A stretch of DNA of 64,000 nt from Octopus sinensis. Taxonomy: Eukaryota. Location: NCBI RefSeq assembly GCF_006345805.1, contig NC_043004.1, positions 54,498,001 to 54,562,000 of the forward strand. The letters run 5' to 3'. Of the stretch, positions 14,106 to 26,480 are shown piece after piece. Numbering within the stretch: the stretch's first letter is position 1; each line of letters begins with the position of its first letter. The notes under the pieces were generated by a model, which saw nothing but the letters and a program-made list of their open reading frames with translations, was not told where the DNA came from and searched no databases. Both the position numbers and the translations under genes were made by a program.

Positions 14106-14281
14106 AATATATATTTATATATTTTATCAATTTCTCATTTTATTAAAATTTTCTTTCATTTGAGCATTATGCACTTTTAAAAATTTTTCGTTACTTATCA
14201 TTTCTCCACGTGCGGTCAACACAACCCCATATTTATTGATCTATATAATATATATATATATTATATATATATATATATATA

Positions 14282-14355
<74 letters not shown>

Positions 14356-14522
14356 TTTAAAGTTATTTCTACACACTTTTTCTACAGAATTTAAACCAAT
14401 TTACGTAGTAAAACATTCCTGGCATCTGCTACATACACACTTGTTGCTAGTAGGGGCACCAGTTTTCGTTTTGTAACTATAATCTAATTAAGTTATAATA
14501 ACACAAAAGGTAGGGTACAGTA

Positions 14523-16144
14523 TCTCTTATTATAAAAGGCAGATTTTATCTGCCTCCCTTTGTATCTTAAGAAATCTACAATATAGGATTTCTTCAATTA
14601 CAATTACCTACATTTTTAAGAGTAGAATGCATCGGGTCGTGCCAGGTCCACTTTTTAAAATTTCAACCCCAATTAAGCAAATTTAGAGAAAACACATTGT
14701 GGTGTATGAGTCAAATGCTTCTCTTAGTGTGGGATACAGCACACGCAAACGCACACACACAGTGTGCAACCAATAAAGTGAAGTAATTCACTTTCGTAAT
14801 GACTGACTTTTCACTCTACATTCTCACTTTCTCTTTTACACACATAGACACGCAAATATATAAATAAAATGTGTGTGTGTGCGGTTTGTGGGTGGGTGTG
14901 TGTGTGTGTGTGTGTGTGGTGTGTGTGTGTGTGTGCGTGTGCGTGAGTGTGTGACAGGAAAGTTTTACGACGAATATAAGACCTATATCCAAGTAGCAGA
15001 AAAGAGATCGCCCAAAAGTGTATATAGATATTTAAATGTATTTATATATTCATCTATACACAGGATGTATGATAATGTGTCTTTATATATTCCATAGAGG
15101 TAACCTTTCACTCCATACAAAGTTTTTTTAGGACGAATAAGATCTAAAGTATCTCTAAGAAAAAGAAAGATCGCCCAAAAGTGTATATAGTATTTAAATG
15201 TATTTATATATTCATCTATACACACATGTATGTATAATGTGCGTGTATATATTTCCATAGAAGTAACCATTCAATCCATACAAAGTTTTTAGGACGAAAA
15301 ATATTTATATATAAAAGAAAGGTTGTGTGTCTGTCTACTCCGATTAGATTCCTAACTACTCCCCCAGTTTGCAATGCAGTTTAACCAAAACCCGGGTATC
15401 TTATAGTCGTGATTCATATCGAGCCCTTCTGGGTATTAGCGCGCGTCTACGATGAGTCTATGATTTTACAAAAATTTACCATCATTCTTTCCATTTTAAT
15501 GCATATTTTTTTAAATAAAGGGAAGTAACTCTCAAACTTCACACCAATATGCGTGCTCATATGCGACGTAATATCACATCAGCAGCATTTCCTCACACCC
15601 TCCTTGCACTTGGCGAAGGCAAAATACCAGGGTATGAAAATGGTAATATTGCCATCGATTCCATTTGTACCATTGTTAAGACGCCTTCTGATCTCAGAGA
15701 TGCAGTGTTCCCAGATCTACAAGCTAATTATCAGATATGGATTGGATTGGCAAAAAGGCTATACTGGCCCCGAGGAAAAAACTGTTCACCATATTAATGA
15801 TGAAATGCTAAAACTTATTCCTGGGAAGTCTATGTATATCAGTCTATCGATACAACTCCTGACCCAGAGGACGTCATCAACTATCCAAATAGAGGTACTC
15901 AATTCCTTTGAGCACCCCAGACTACCACCACACTTTCTCAAACTTAAAGTTGGTGCTCCTATAATGCTCATCAGAAATTTGGTTCCCCCAAAACAATGCA
16001 ATGGCACACGTTTTATCGTTAAGTCCTTATCTCCCACCGTAAACTTATATTAATATTTGCCTGAATAATCATCATAATTCAGTGCAATCATTAACAGTAC
16101 TTTCAAGCAATTCAGCCCCGAGCAACGCCGGGCAATTCTGCTAG
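14523..16144 (+). mobile_element. Non-autonomous, decayed Helitron with a PIF1 helicase remnant
   Basis: 5' A|TCtcttattataaaa. 3' GC-rich hairpin-like cccgagcaacgccggg, then CTAG|T. Peptide EVLNSFEHPRLPPHFLKLKVGAPIMLIRNLVPPKQCNGTRFIV at ~15890-16030. Internal ~165-bp tandem duplication at 15000-15300. Confidence 0.85.
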
Positions 16145-16844
16145 TTGACTTATAAAAGTTTAATACTCTTGGTAACATTAAGATGATAAGCTGGCAGAAT
16201 TATTAGCATTCTGGGCAAAAAATGCTTACCGGCACTTCGTCCGACTTTACGATTTGAGCAACTTCGCCAAGGGTCACTTTTCTATTCATCATCTTTGGGT
16301 CGATAAAATAACTACAAATTGAATATTCTCTTGCCTTGTGCCAAAATTTGAAACCAATGTTCTTGGTAGTATATTATGGTTACAAAACGAAATGCTGTGT
16401 CATTACCAGCAATTAATATGTTTGTACCAGTTGCCAGGAATATTCAAATTGGTCTATCCAACAGTGTTACATCGCTACACTTAGTGGCTATTTAAGTTAT
16501 GAGTTCGTGAATGACAAAAGGGTTGGCTGCAGTACTGAAGGATGTGCAATAATTCCTGAAATATGCATACACTCTTATTACTTGTTTTTTTCTATCTTCG
16601 ATCGCACTGGTTACGTAGACGTATTCATATACGAAAAACTACAATGCTAGCGGTAAATTCAATTGAAATTCTGTAGTTGTAACAGTGATTGTATGGCACT
16701 GTTAATACAAAAAGGAGGACACGGTATTGGCTTATTAACTTTTAATACACTTTAATATACATTGTAGTATATGATTGTTGCAAAAAATATACGGTGACCC
16801 TACGAGAAATTTATATATATATATAAATGTATATATATATATAG

Positions 16845-16878
<34 letters not shown>

Positions 16879-16898
16879 GATATATATATAATATATCG

Positions 16899-17477
16899 AC
16901 ATCTAATGTAGGATAAAAATTCTATCAATGTCCAGCATATTAAAAAATACATTTAAATGTTAAATTTATAAACAATTTATAAGTAAGGGCAAAAGAAAAA
17001 CTTTCTAATGCCAAAATATGCCGAAAATAGACATAACGTCAATAACCATGCAATGTATTACTATAAGCACGCGTTTCGAAGAAAGCCGAAGGAAATTTCT
17101 AAAAAATCCCGTTATTACCATATCGAACCCGATTTCAGAGTTAGTTCAGAAGAACCTTCCCTTTATCAGTGATAAATGCGGCAAAGAAACAAGTGAAATA
17201 CTTACCTATACCCATGGAAGAAGTGAACACTAAGTCATGAGCACAACTAAGTACCCCAAATATATCCAAAATATAAACTCTCTAGCCCATCTCGAGGACG
17301 TGCAATTCGAACTAAAAAACTCTCGTAAAGTGAGAGGGTCCGGAAGTTAACACTATTAAATTAACATCTAATGTAGGATAAAAGTTTTCGAAAAAATTCT
17401 ATCAATGGCCAGCATATTAAAAAATACCTCTAGAGGTTAAATTTATAAACAATTTATAAGTAAGGGCAAAAGAAAAA
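16899..17477. repeat. Unclassified element with a ~105-bp direct repeat at 465-bp spacing, between (TA)n tracts
   Basis: acatctaatgtaggataaaa...aagtaagggcaaaagaaaaa at 16899 and 17364. Confidence 0.6.
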
Positions 17478-17541
17478 AATTCGAATCTCACGTGTCTCGA
17501 GATGGTGGGGTAGAGAGCTTTTATTTTGGATAAATTTTATA

Positions 17542-17591
<50 letters not shown>

Positions 17592-18619
17592 GCATGTACT
17601 ATTTAGAAATATAGTCAAATAACCTCAGTTGAATTAATTCCAGATACCTGAGTAATATTTAAAATATTATAAGGAGACAGCTAATATTTCTACTAAAAAT
17701 GCCATGGTGGTAATGGGATATTAATATATATTTTACGTATTAAATGTCGTTATTAAGTATGTATCGTATATACAATATTATCCTATTGTATATTATCTCA
17801 GATTTTATTGTGAAAGTAAATCTCTTGTGAGACGAGGTTTTATCTTAATACCATGAAAATAAAACAATATTTTCGGTCTCTAACGTTTTTGACAGCATTG
17901 GAATTCGTCTATGTGTATAAGTGTATATCTCTCTCTCACACACCTATACACACGAACTCACACACATATACGTGGATCTACTACATATGTGGTACATTCT
18001 GTCTGTGGGTGTGTTTGTAGAGTTGTTAGCTAACTCCTCCTACACTGTTTTATCGATTTTCATGAAACTTGATACGTGAGTAGAACTCATGTCTGGAAGC
18101 CTCATGAAATACTTAGTTTGTTGAAAAAAATCGATAATAGGTCCCCTAGAAGGGGTCCTTATAACATATCTAATATATTTCATTTTAACAGCCAAGGGAA
18201 ATAACCCATTTATTTTCTTAAATCATTTGGTATAAATCAAATTGAGTATGCGTATTTCTTAATAATTGAACTGTTAGAATTATTTTCGCAATTTATCCAG
18301 TACAACGCTCAAACAAGTGAATAATATTTTCCTAAACAATAGATCCACATATTTCGGTTAGTGATTTATTCACGAATATACCAACACTAACGCCGCTGAG
18401 GGTAATATTCTTTGGAAACGCAAAAAAGCCCTTTTAGAGTTATTTACTTTGAATTATTATCATCTCATATCTGATTAACCTGTTATTACGTAACATGCGT
18501 CACAATTTTAGTATACATATCTAATTAGTATTTCCTGCTAAGTTCTATATACTCGGGGAACGCATTAAAGCTCTTTTCGGGGCTACTTTATTCGAATTCT
18601 TACTATCGGTTAACACATA

Positions 18620-19845
18620 CTAGGGGCGTTCAATAAGTAATGCCCCTGACCCACTTGCAGGTGTTTGATGTGCAATTATTTATACTTCTATAGATTAAGT
18701 GGCGAATTACAGCTCTGAACTAATTGTGGTTTCTGATTTACAGGTGTTTGAACTGAGTCAAGTGTGAAATGGAGCCTGTTGAGTCTCGAGCAGTGATCTG
18801 GTTTTTGTATTTGAAAGGACGCACACCACGGGAGACTTTTGATGAAATGAAAGTAACTTATGGTGATGATGCCCCATCATATGACCTTGTAAAGCGCTGG
18901 CATTGTGAATTCAAACATAGTTGGAACTCTGTGGAAACAGCTCCCAGATCCGGTCGCCCCCTTCTGCCGTTGATGAGACGTCTGTCCGCCAAGTTGAGGC
19001 TGCCATTTTGGAAGGTCAACGCATAACTATTCGCCAAATAGTCCATAAGGTCTATCATTCATGACCATTTGCATATGCAAAAGGTGTCTGCCAGATGGAT
19101 TTCCAGGTTGCTCACACCTTTCCAGAAGCAAGAACGCGTTGAGTGCTCGAGGATGAATTTGGAGATGTGCCAAGAAGATGAGTCAAAATTTTTCAAAAGA
19201 CTGATCACACAGGATAAAACCTGGGTCCATCACTATGATCCATAGACCAAAGCCCAGTCAATGCAGTGAAAGCACCGTGACTCGCCTCCTCCAAAGAAGG
19301 CAAGGGTGCAGCCCTCCACTGACAAGGTTATGCTCACAGTCTTCTGGTACCAGGACGGAGTAGTGATGACAGATTTCCTGGCAAAGGGTACCACAAATAC
19401 AGGAGCCTATTATGCTTCACTTTTGAGGAAATTAAGAGAAGCTATCAAAATCAAGAGGCGGGGCAAGATCAGCCAAGGCATCCTCCTCCTGCAGGACAAC
19501 GCTCCGGTCCACAACTCGCGTGTCGCCAGATCAGAAGCACAGGCGTGCAGCTATGAACTCCTCCCCTTGCACCCTCTGATTTTCACCTCTTCCCAGCCAT
19601 GAAGTTGATTTTGAAAGGAAAGCGTTTCCCAGATGATGCAGCCTTGATTTCTGAAGTCACGTCGTGGCTGGAGGACCAAGCTGGGGTCTTCTACAAATAC
19701 GGTCTCCAGAGCTGTATCAAACGATGGGAGAAATGCATAACTCTGGGGAGTTCCTATGTAGGAAAAGACTAATAACTGTGCCAAGTGTCGTTGCTCTACT
19801 GCTATGGGAAGTGGGTCAGGGGCATTACTTATTGAACGCCCCTCG
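18620..19845 (+). mobile_element. Mariner (Tc1/mariner DD34D-type) transposon, full length but decayed
   Basis: TA target duplications. ~37-bp TIRs c(g/t)aggggcgttcaataagtaatgcccctgacccactt. Length 1226 bp. Confidence 0.95.
18769..19772 (+). pseudogene. Mariner transposase pseudogene
   Basis: RAVIWFL...PRSGRP HTH region, ITQDKTWVHHYDP, KVMLTVFW, LLQDNAPVH. Stops, frameshifts and loss of the YSPDL motif. Confidence 0.9.
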
Positions 19846-20012
19846 TAACTTTTTGGGAATTCTATAAATGCACAAAAACAATTTTACGGTTACATACTTT
19901 GTATTGTTGTTATTGGATTAGCGAAACAATTATGTGAACGGAATCAAGGGATAAGCCGCGCATATCTGGGAATTACTGGGTACGTCAGCTAGTATATATA
20001 TATATTATATAT

Positions 20013-20043
<31 letters not shown>

Positions 20044-20112
20044 CATATATATATATATATATAGATAGTATACATATATATGTATATATATATAATATAT
20101 ATTACATGTATG

Positions 20113-20153
<41 letters not shown>

Positions 20154-20284
20154 CGTATGTATATATATGTGCATGTGTGTGTCTATACATATAGATAGGT
20201 ATATAGTTATTATCTATAAGTATGTATGTATTTATGTTTGTATGAATGTGCACATATAGATCTTTCAGTTAGCAAAATATATTC

Positions 20285-20680
20285 TTTTCTACTCTATGCA
20301 CAAGGTTCGAAAGTTTAGGGCGGGGCCAGTCGATTAGATCGACCTCAGCACGCAAATGGTACTTAATTTATTGACTCTGAAAAGATGAAAGACAAGTCGA
20401 CCTCGGTGAAATTTGAATTCAGAACGTGAAGACAGACGAAATACCTAGTTCTTTACTACCCATAAGAGGCTAAACACAAAGAGGACAAACAAGGACAGAC
20501 AAACGGAAGAAGTCGATTACATCGACCGCAGTGCGTAACTGGTACTTATTTTATCGATCCTGAAAGGATGAAAGGCAAAGTCTACCTCGGCGGAATTTGA
20601 ACTCAAAACGTAGCGCCAGACGAAATACCACCACTAAGCATTTCGACCGGCGTGCTAACGATTCTGCCAAGCCACCGCCT
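20285..20680 (-). mobile_element. SINE family A with partial internal duplication
   Basis: Homologous to 1-354. Confidence 0.75.
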
Positions 20681-20925
20681 TAGTTACCAAACTATATAGA
20701 CAACACTGAAATTGCACTCTAAGTTTACAAAGTAGAGTAGAATAGGCGCTCGCAAACAAGCGCATGCACATACACACGTGTTTGCATGCATATCGACATG
20801 TATATATGTGTGAGTGGAGTGTAGTATTTATGCATCTACTCATGAATGTACATGTAACTGTTAATTGCATATAATACATCCACGTACACACACACACACG
20901 CACGCACACACACACAAACACACAC

Positions 20926-20986
<61 letters not shown>

Positions 20987-21396
20987 AATGCATACATATA
21001 TATATGTGTATATACATTTATACAAATGGTTACATATATATATTGTGTATGTGTGTGATGTATGTATATATAAATAGATACATATACACACAAGATTATA
21101 TGCATGTATATAAACAAAGAGATATATATGAGTGTGTGTATGGGGCTAGTGCATATGTGTGTGTGCGTATGTGTGTGCGTGCGCACGTATTTTCATCATA
21201 CTTAAGGGAAAAAGATAATTGATGAAAAAATATAACGTGTGCGATAAAATTAGAAAGAAGAACTTGGTCTCAGTGGAATAATGAAAGTGTCAGTGGAAAA
21301 GTCATGAAATATGTCAAAGTAGGAATTTACTGTTGACATTAGTGCTTAGAGGTAAAACTGTATACATCATCATCACAATATATTTTCATGTGCCTG

Positions 21397-21433
<37 letters not shown>

Positions 21434-21582
21434 GTACCTGTTCGTTTTTGTGATCGGAAAAAGTGACTGAATGTGGTTATGGTTTATTTAAATTCACCCA
21501 GGGTGTATGGAGCTTTACCGACGTTCACGGTGGTTCTACATGCAGCAACACACACACATATATATATGTATATATATGTATA

Positions 21583-21643
<61 letters not shown>

Positions 21644-21645
21644 CA

Positions 21646-22030
21646 TAGGAGTGGCTGTGAGTTAAGAAGCTTGATTCCTAACTACATGGTTTTAAGTTCG
21701 GTTCCACTGCGTGGCACCATGGGCAAGTGTCTTCTACTATAGCCTCGGCCCTAACAAAGCCTTGTGAGTGGATTTTGTTGACGGTAACTAAAAGAGGTCC
21801 GTAGTATATATATATATGTGTGTTTGTCTGTGCTTGTCTCTCCATCAACACTTGACAACCAGTGTTGGTGTGTTTACGTCTCCGTAACCTAGCAGTTCGT
21901 CACAATAGACCGATAGAATAAGTAACAGGTTTAAAAAATAAGTACTGGGGTTGATTCATTCGACTCAAAAATTCAAGCCGGTGCCCCAGCATGGCCTCAG
22001 TGTAATGACTGAGATAGGTAAAGGATAAAA
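21646..22030 (+). mobile_element. SINE family B
   Basis: Homologous to 1785-2155. Confidence 0.75.
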
Positions 22031-22045
22031 TATATATATATAGCC

Positions 22046-22470
22046 GTAGGAGTGGCTGTGTGTTAAGTAGCTTGCTTACCAACTCCATGGTTCCAGGTTC
22101 AGTCCCACTGCGTGGCACCCTGGGTTGGTCTTCTACTACAGCCTCGGGCCGACCATAGCCTTGTGAGTGGATTTGGTAGACGGAAACTGAAAGTAGCATG
22201 TCGTACATGTGTGTGTGTGCGTGTGTTTGTGTGTGTGTATGTGTGTGTGTGTGTGCGCGTGTGTTTGTGTTTGTCCCCCCACGAAATCGCTTGACAACCG
22301 ATGCTGCTGTGTTTATATCCCCGTAACTTAGTGGTTCAGCAAAAGAACCGATAGAATAAGTACTAGGTTTACGGAGAATAAGTCATGGGATCTATTTTCT
22401 CGACTAATGTCGGTGCTCCAGCATGGCCACAGTCAAATGACTGAAACAAGTGAGAAAATAAAAGAATATA
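22046..22470 (+). mobile_element. SINE family B
   Basis: Homologous to 1785-2155, in tandem with the previous copy. Confidence 0.75.
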
Positions 22471-22485
22471 CATGTTTATATGGAA

Positions 22486-22867
22486 GCACTCCGTCGGTTA
22501 CGACGACGAGGGTTGCGGTTGATCCGAATCAACGGAACAGCCTGCTCGTGAAATTAACGTGTAAGTGGCTGAGCACTCCACAGACACGTGTACCTTTAAC
22601 GTAGTTCTCGGGGATATTCAGCGTGACACAGAGAGTGACAAGGCCGGCCCTTTCAAATACAGGTACAACAGAAACAGGAAAGGAGTAAGAGTGGGAGAAA
22701 GTTGGTGGTGAAAGAGTAACAGGGATCACCACGACCCCTGCCGGAGCCTCGTGGAGCTTTAGGTGTTTTCGCTCAATAAACACTCACAACGCCCGATCTG
22801 GGAATTGAAACCGCGATCCTATGACCGCGAGTCCGCTGCCCTAACCACTTGGCCATTGCGCCTCCAC
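22486..22867 (-). mobile_element. tRNA-derived SINE family C
   Basis: Minus-strand head tggaggcgcaatggccaagtggttagggcagcggactcgcggtcataggatcgcggtttcaattccc. Related copy at 37078-37346. Confidence 0.7.
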
Positions 22868-23191
22868 TTAAGAATGGATATTGATTGTATGAGTCATTTT
22901 TTCACATGTAATTCTGGAAATTTGAATAGGTAAATTTACCTTATTTCTTTTCCCCATCTAAGTTTGTTTTTTCATCTAAGTTTGTTTGTATTTTTAAGCT
23001 TAAAGGGAACGAATATAATTTTCTGAAATAGTGTTCTGAATTTGTTATAGCGATTTTAATGCATTTAGAGGTCCGGCAAAAATGTACTAACTATTATTTA
23101 TTGTTCCCCTGCCCCATATATTCTCCTTCGATTCAGTTTTACTAACTACGTTGTAGACACTGACTTTCTCCGAATATAACATGCAGTAACA

Positions 23192-23253
<62 letters not shown>

Positions 23254-23295
23254 CATACATACGCACACACGTTATATATGTTTATATATATAAGC

Positions 23296-23485
23296 GCAGG
23301 AGTTGCTGTGTGGTAAGTAGCTTGCTTAACAACAACACGATTCCGGTTTCAGTCCCACTGCGTGGCAACTTGGGCAAGTGTCTTCTACTATAGCCACGAG
23401 GTAACCAAACCTTCTGAATGGATTTGGTGGACGGAAACTGAAAGAAACCGTCAAATGACTGAAACAAATAAAAGAATAAAAGAAT
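23296..23485 (+). mobile_element. SINE family B, internally deleted
   Basis: Head plus CORE-like part joined directly to the tail (aaatgactgaaacaaataaaagaataaaag). Confidence 0.7.
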
Positions 23486-23514
23486 ATATATATTATATAT
23501 ATATAATATATATA

Positions 23515-23548
<34 letters not shown>

Positions 23549-23588
23549 AATATTTATAATATGCATATCTTATACATGCACATGTATA

Positions 23589-23636
<48 letters not shown>

Positions 23637-23690
23637 GCAAGGCACCAGAATTGTATTGTATTATCCATATTAATCAAATGGGGTGATTAT

Positions 23691-23769
23691 AATCAAAATA
23701 GGCAACAAGTATATCCGAGGTAGAGCAGTACCTGCTCTACCTCGGATATACTTGTTGCTTATTTTGATT
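23691..23769. repeat. 38-bp-arm hairpin (fold-back) with a 3-nt loop
   Basis: aatcaaaataggcaacaagtatatccgaggtagagcag-tac-ctgctctacctcggatatacttgttgcttattttgatt, one mismatch. Confidence 0.95.
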
Positions 23770-23881
23770 AATATATATAGATATATATATATATATATAT
23801 ATATACCAATTAAGGACTGAACACGAAAAGGTGGACAGTCACATGCTAGATATAGACGTCAAATCGCCATTCTCCACAAGG

Positions 23882-24148
23882 ATTATGTTCTCAAACAAAA
23901 TAAAATTCAGCACGACCTAAGCAATGGATGAGACAAAGAAATATACTTAAATGGATAATTACCTACGTACTGCAGTTTCAGCTATTAATATCACAAGGAT
24001 ATCTGTAGCTTCATCAGCGTATTGTTATGAGCATAATATGCTGTACTAGGTGAAAAACGGTACCGGAGTCCCGCATGCAAAAGTACAACCTATTACGTTC
24101 GGATTGTATCTTTCGAATGACTCTACTTTTTTATGCCATTCTTTCTAG

Positions 24149-24184
<36 letters not shown>

Positions 24185-24186
24185 AT

Positions 24187-24261
<75 letters not shown>

Positions 24262-24467
24262 CTATATGAAAGAATGGCATTAAAAAGTAGAGGCATTCGA
24301 AAATACATCCGAACGTAATAGGTTGTACTTTTTGCATGCGGGACTCCGGTACCGTTTTTCACCTAGTACAGCATATTATGCTCATAACAAACTCGCTGAT
24401 GAAGCTACAGATATCCTGTGATATTAATAGCTGAAACTGCATTTTATTTTTATTTGAGAACATAATA
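23882..24467. repeat. Inverted pair of HHR-bearing termini around a (TA)n core
   Basis: 23882-24145 is the reverse complement of 24268-24467, except for a deletion in the right arm. Confidence 0.85.
23964..24021 (-). ncRNA. Minimal type I hammerhead (family F3)
   Basis: Minus strand reads tacg CTGATGA agcta-(atatc/gatat)-tagct GAAA ctgcag TA cgta. Palindromic CTGCAG in place of stem III, as in PLE-associated minimal HHRs. Confidence 0.85.
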
Positions 24468-24572
24468 TAATATATATATATATATATATATTATATATTA
24501 TATAGATATTATATATATATATATATATATTATATATAATATATATATATATAATATATATATATAATATAT

Positions 24573-24621
<49 letters not shown>

Positions 24622-24645
24622 ATAGATAATATTATATATATATAT

Positions 24646-24679
<34 letters not shown>

Positions 24680-24720
24680 ATATATTATATATATGCATGC
24701 ATATATTATATATACATATA

Positions 24721-25045
24721 TGGCCGGTGGTTAGAGCGTCGAGCTTACGATCGTGAGGTTGTGAGCTCGAATCCCGGACCGGGCTGCGTGTGTTCTTGAG
24801 CACGGCACTTTATTTCACGTTGCTCTAGTTCACTCATCTGTAGAAATGAGATGCGACGTCACTGGTGCCAAGATGTATCGACCTATGTCTTTCCCTTGGA
24901 TAACACTGGTGGCGTGGAGAGGGGAGGAGCCAGTATGCATGGGCGACTGTTGGTATTCCATAAACAACCTTGCCCAGACTTGTGTCTAGGAGGGTACCTT
25001 TCTAGGTGCAATCCCATGGTCATTCATGACCGAAGGGGGTCACAA
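24721..25045 (+). mobile_element. tRNA-derived SINE family D
   Basis: tggccggtggttagagcgtcg...gagctcgaatccc head, then ttgagcacggcactttatttcac central block. Confidence 0.65.
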
Positions 25046-25063
25046 TATATATATATATATATA

Positions 25064-25141
<78 letters not shown>

Positions 25142-25146
25142 TATTA

Positions 25147-25186
<40 letters not shown>

Positions 25187-25392
25187 TACACATACATATA
25201 TACATATTTCATCCTCCCTCCATTTTTTCCTCTTAATCCTTTTTGGCAAGGAGCGTAGGCTCGAAAAACGTAAAAGTCTTTCCCATTTTTCCAGAGTATA
25301 AACTAACACACCTGGTCGTTCCTACACCTGTCTTCTTTTTCTTTCTAAAATTTGAACTATTGCATATATATATATATATAATATATATATAG

Positions 25393-25423
<31 letters not shown>

Positions 25424-25511
25424 CTAATATATATATATATATTGATTTTGTATACACACAAGGCCACTGGTAGAAAAAATTATATATATATATATATAAT
25501 ATATATATATA

Positions 25512-26105
25512 TAATTTTTTTCTACCAGTGGCCTTGTGTGTATACAAAATCAATAGATATATTATTCATAAAAAAATTAGTGTACATTTAAACGCAAAGA
25601 GGCGAGCCCTTAAATAGGTTGCCTACCATACTAGAAAGAACAGTCAAAAATCCAAACCGCAGTTAAGAGCAATTTGGAAGGGAATGAAAACTAAAAACAC
25701 TTACCATGTTTTACAGCCGGACCTCAAGTTTCGAACTTTAATTAGCCATTAAAATAATTTGCAAGGCGAAGTTTTCATCAGTGGATACGCCAAAACATTA
25801 ACATATAAATTTGAGAGCAAATTTCTCATCCTTATATATTATAATTTTTCATACCCACCGCGCAAGCGCAGATTCAATCGGCAGCAAATAAAAATTCCGA
25901 TTATACTTCAGAAATTGCTAAAATCATTTTTAAAATTATATAGGATAGGAAAAAAAATTATAGAAATTTTTTTCTACCAGTGGCCTAGTATGTATACAAA
26001 GTTAATAGACAGATTTTTCATATAAAAATTAGCTTACATTTTAAACACAAAGACGCGAGCCCTTAAATAGGTTGCCTAATATACTAGAAAGAACAGTAAA
26101 AAAGT
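25512..26105 (-). mobile_element. ~1.3 tandem copies of a ~452-bp unit with a degenerate hammerhead (family F4)
   Basis: Direct repeat 25512-25650 and 25964-26105. Minus strand 25717-25784 reads cca CTGATGA a-aactt...aagtt-c GAAA cttgagg TC cgg. A short inverted copy of the terminus lies at 25445-25475. Confidence 0.55.
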
Positions 26106-26480
26106 TCAAACTTTTGGTCGCAAAAGAATGACATTAAAAAATTTCCATGGCCAAGCCAGTCAGCAGATATGAACCCTATTGAATACCTCTGGGGAATAGT
26201 AGACAGGACACTTCGTAGAAGGAAGAAGAAAGCATCTTCAAAGACACATCTTTTGAGATTACTGCATGAAACTTGGTAAGAAATTCCCAAAGAGAATATT
26301 CATCATCTGATAAGTAACATGCCTTATAGGGTCCTTGCATTGAAAAATGCAAAGAGCATTCTACTAAATATTATATATGAGATATTACCACAGAATCCTG
26401 CAGCAATATCTCATCAAAATATCTCACAGTCAAAAAATATCGTAACAAAACTGCGATTCACATTCTGTCAAAGCTATGTA
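26100..26480 (+). pseudogene. Tc1-type transposase C-terminal fragment
   Basis: WPSQSADMNPIEYLWGIVDRTLR...LHETW*EIPKENIHHLISNMPYRVLA matches the Tc1 WPSQSPDLNPIE.LW motif. Confidence 0.8.

Larger units (their letters stand above)
9079..14242 (+). mobile_element. Near-full-length Penelope-like retroelement (Neptune-type), flanked by direct pseudo-LTRs
   Basis: Direct repeats 9099-9637 and 13700-14242. RT motifs IKEADKG, FYGLPKIHK, LRPIVAG, LDVINLYTNIP, GIAMGTKAAP, RYLDDCF, LPFLDL, IYHKPTD. Cys-rich linker CARSNCGTC. GIY-YIG-like LIYVLTC..C...YVGQT. 3' end runs into (TA)n. Confidence 0.9.
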
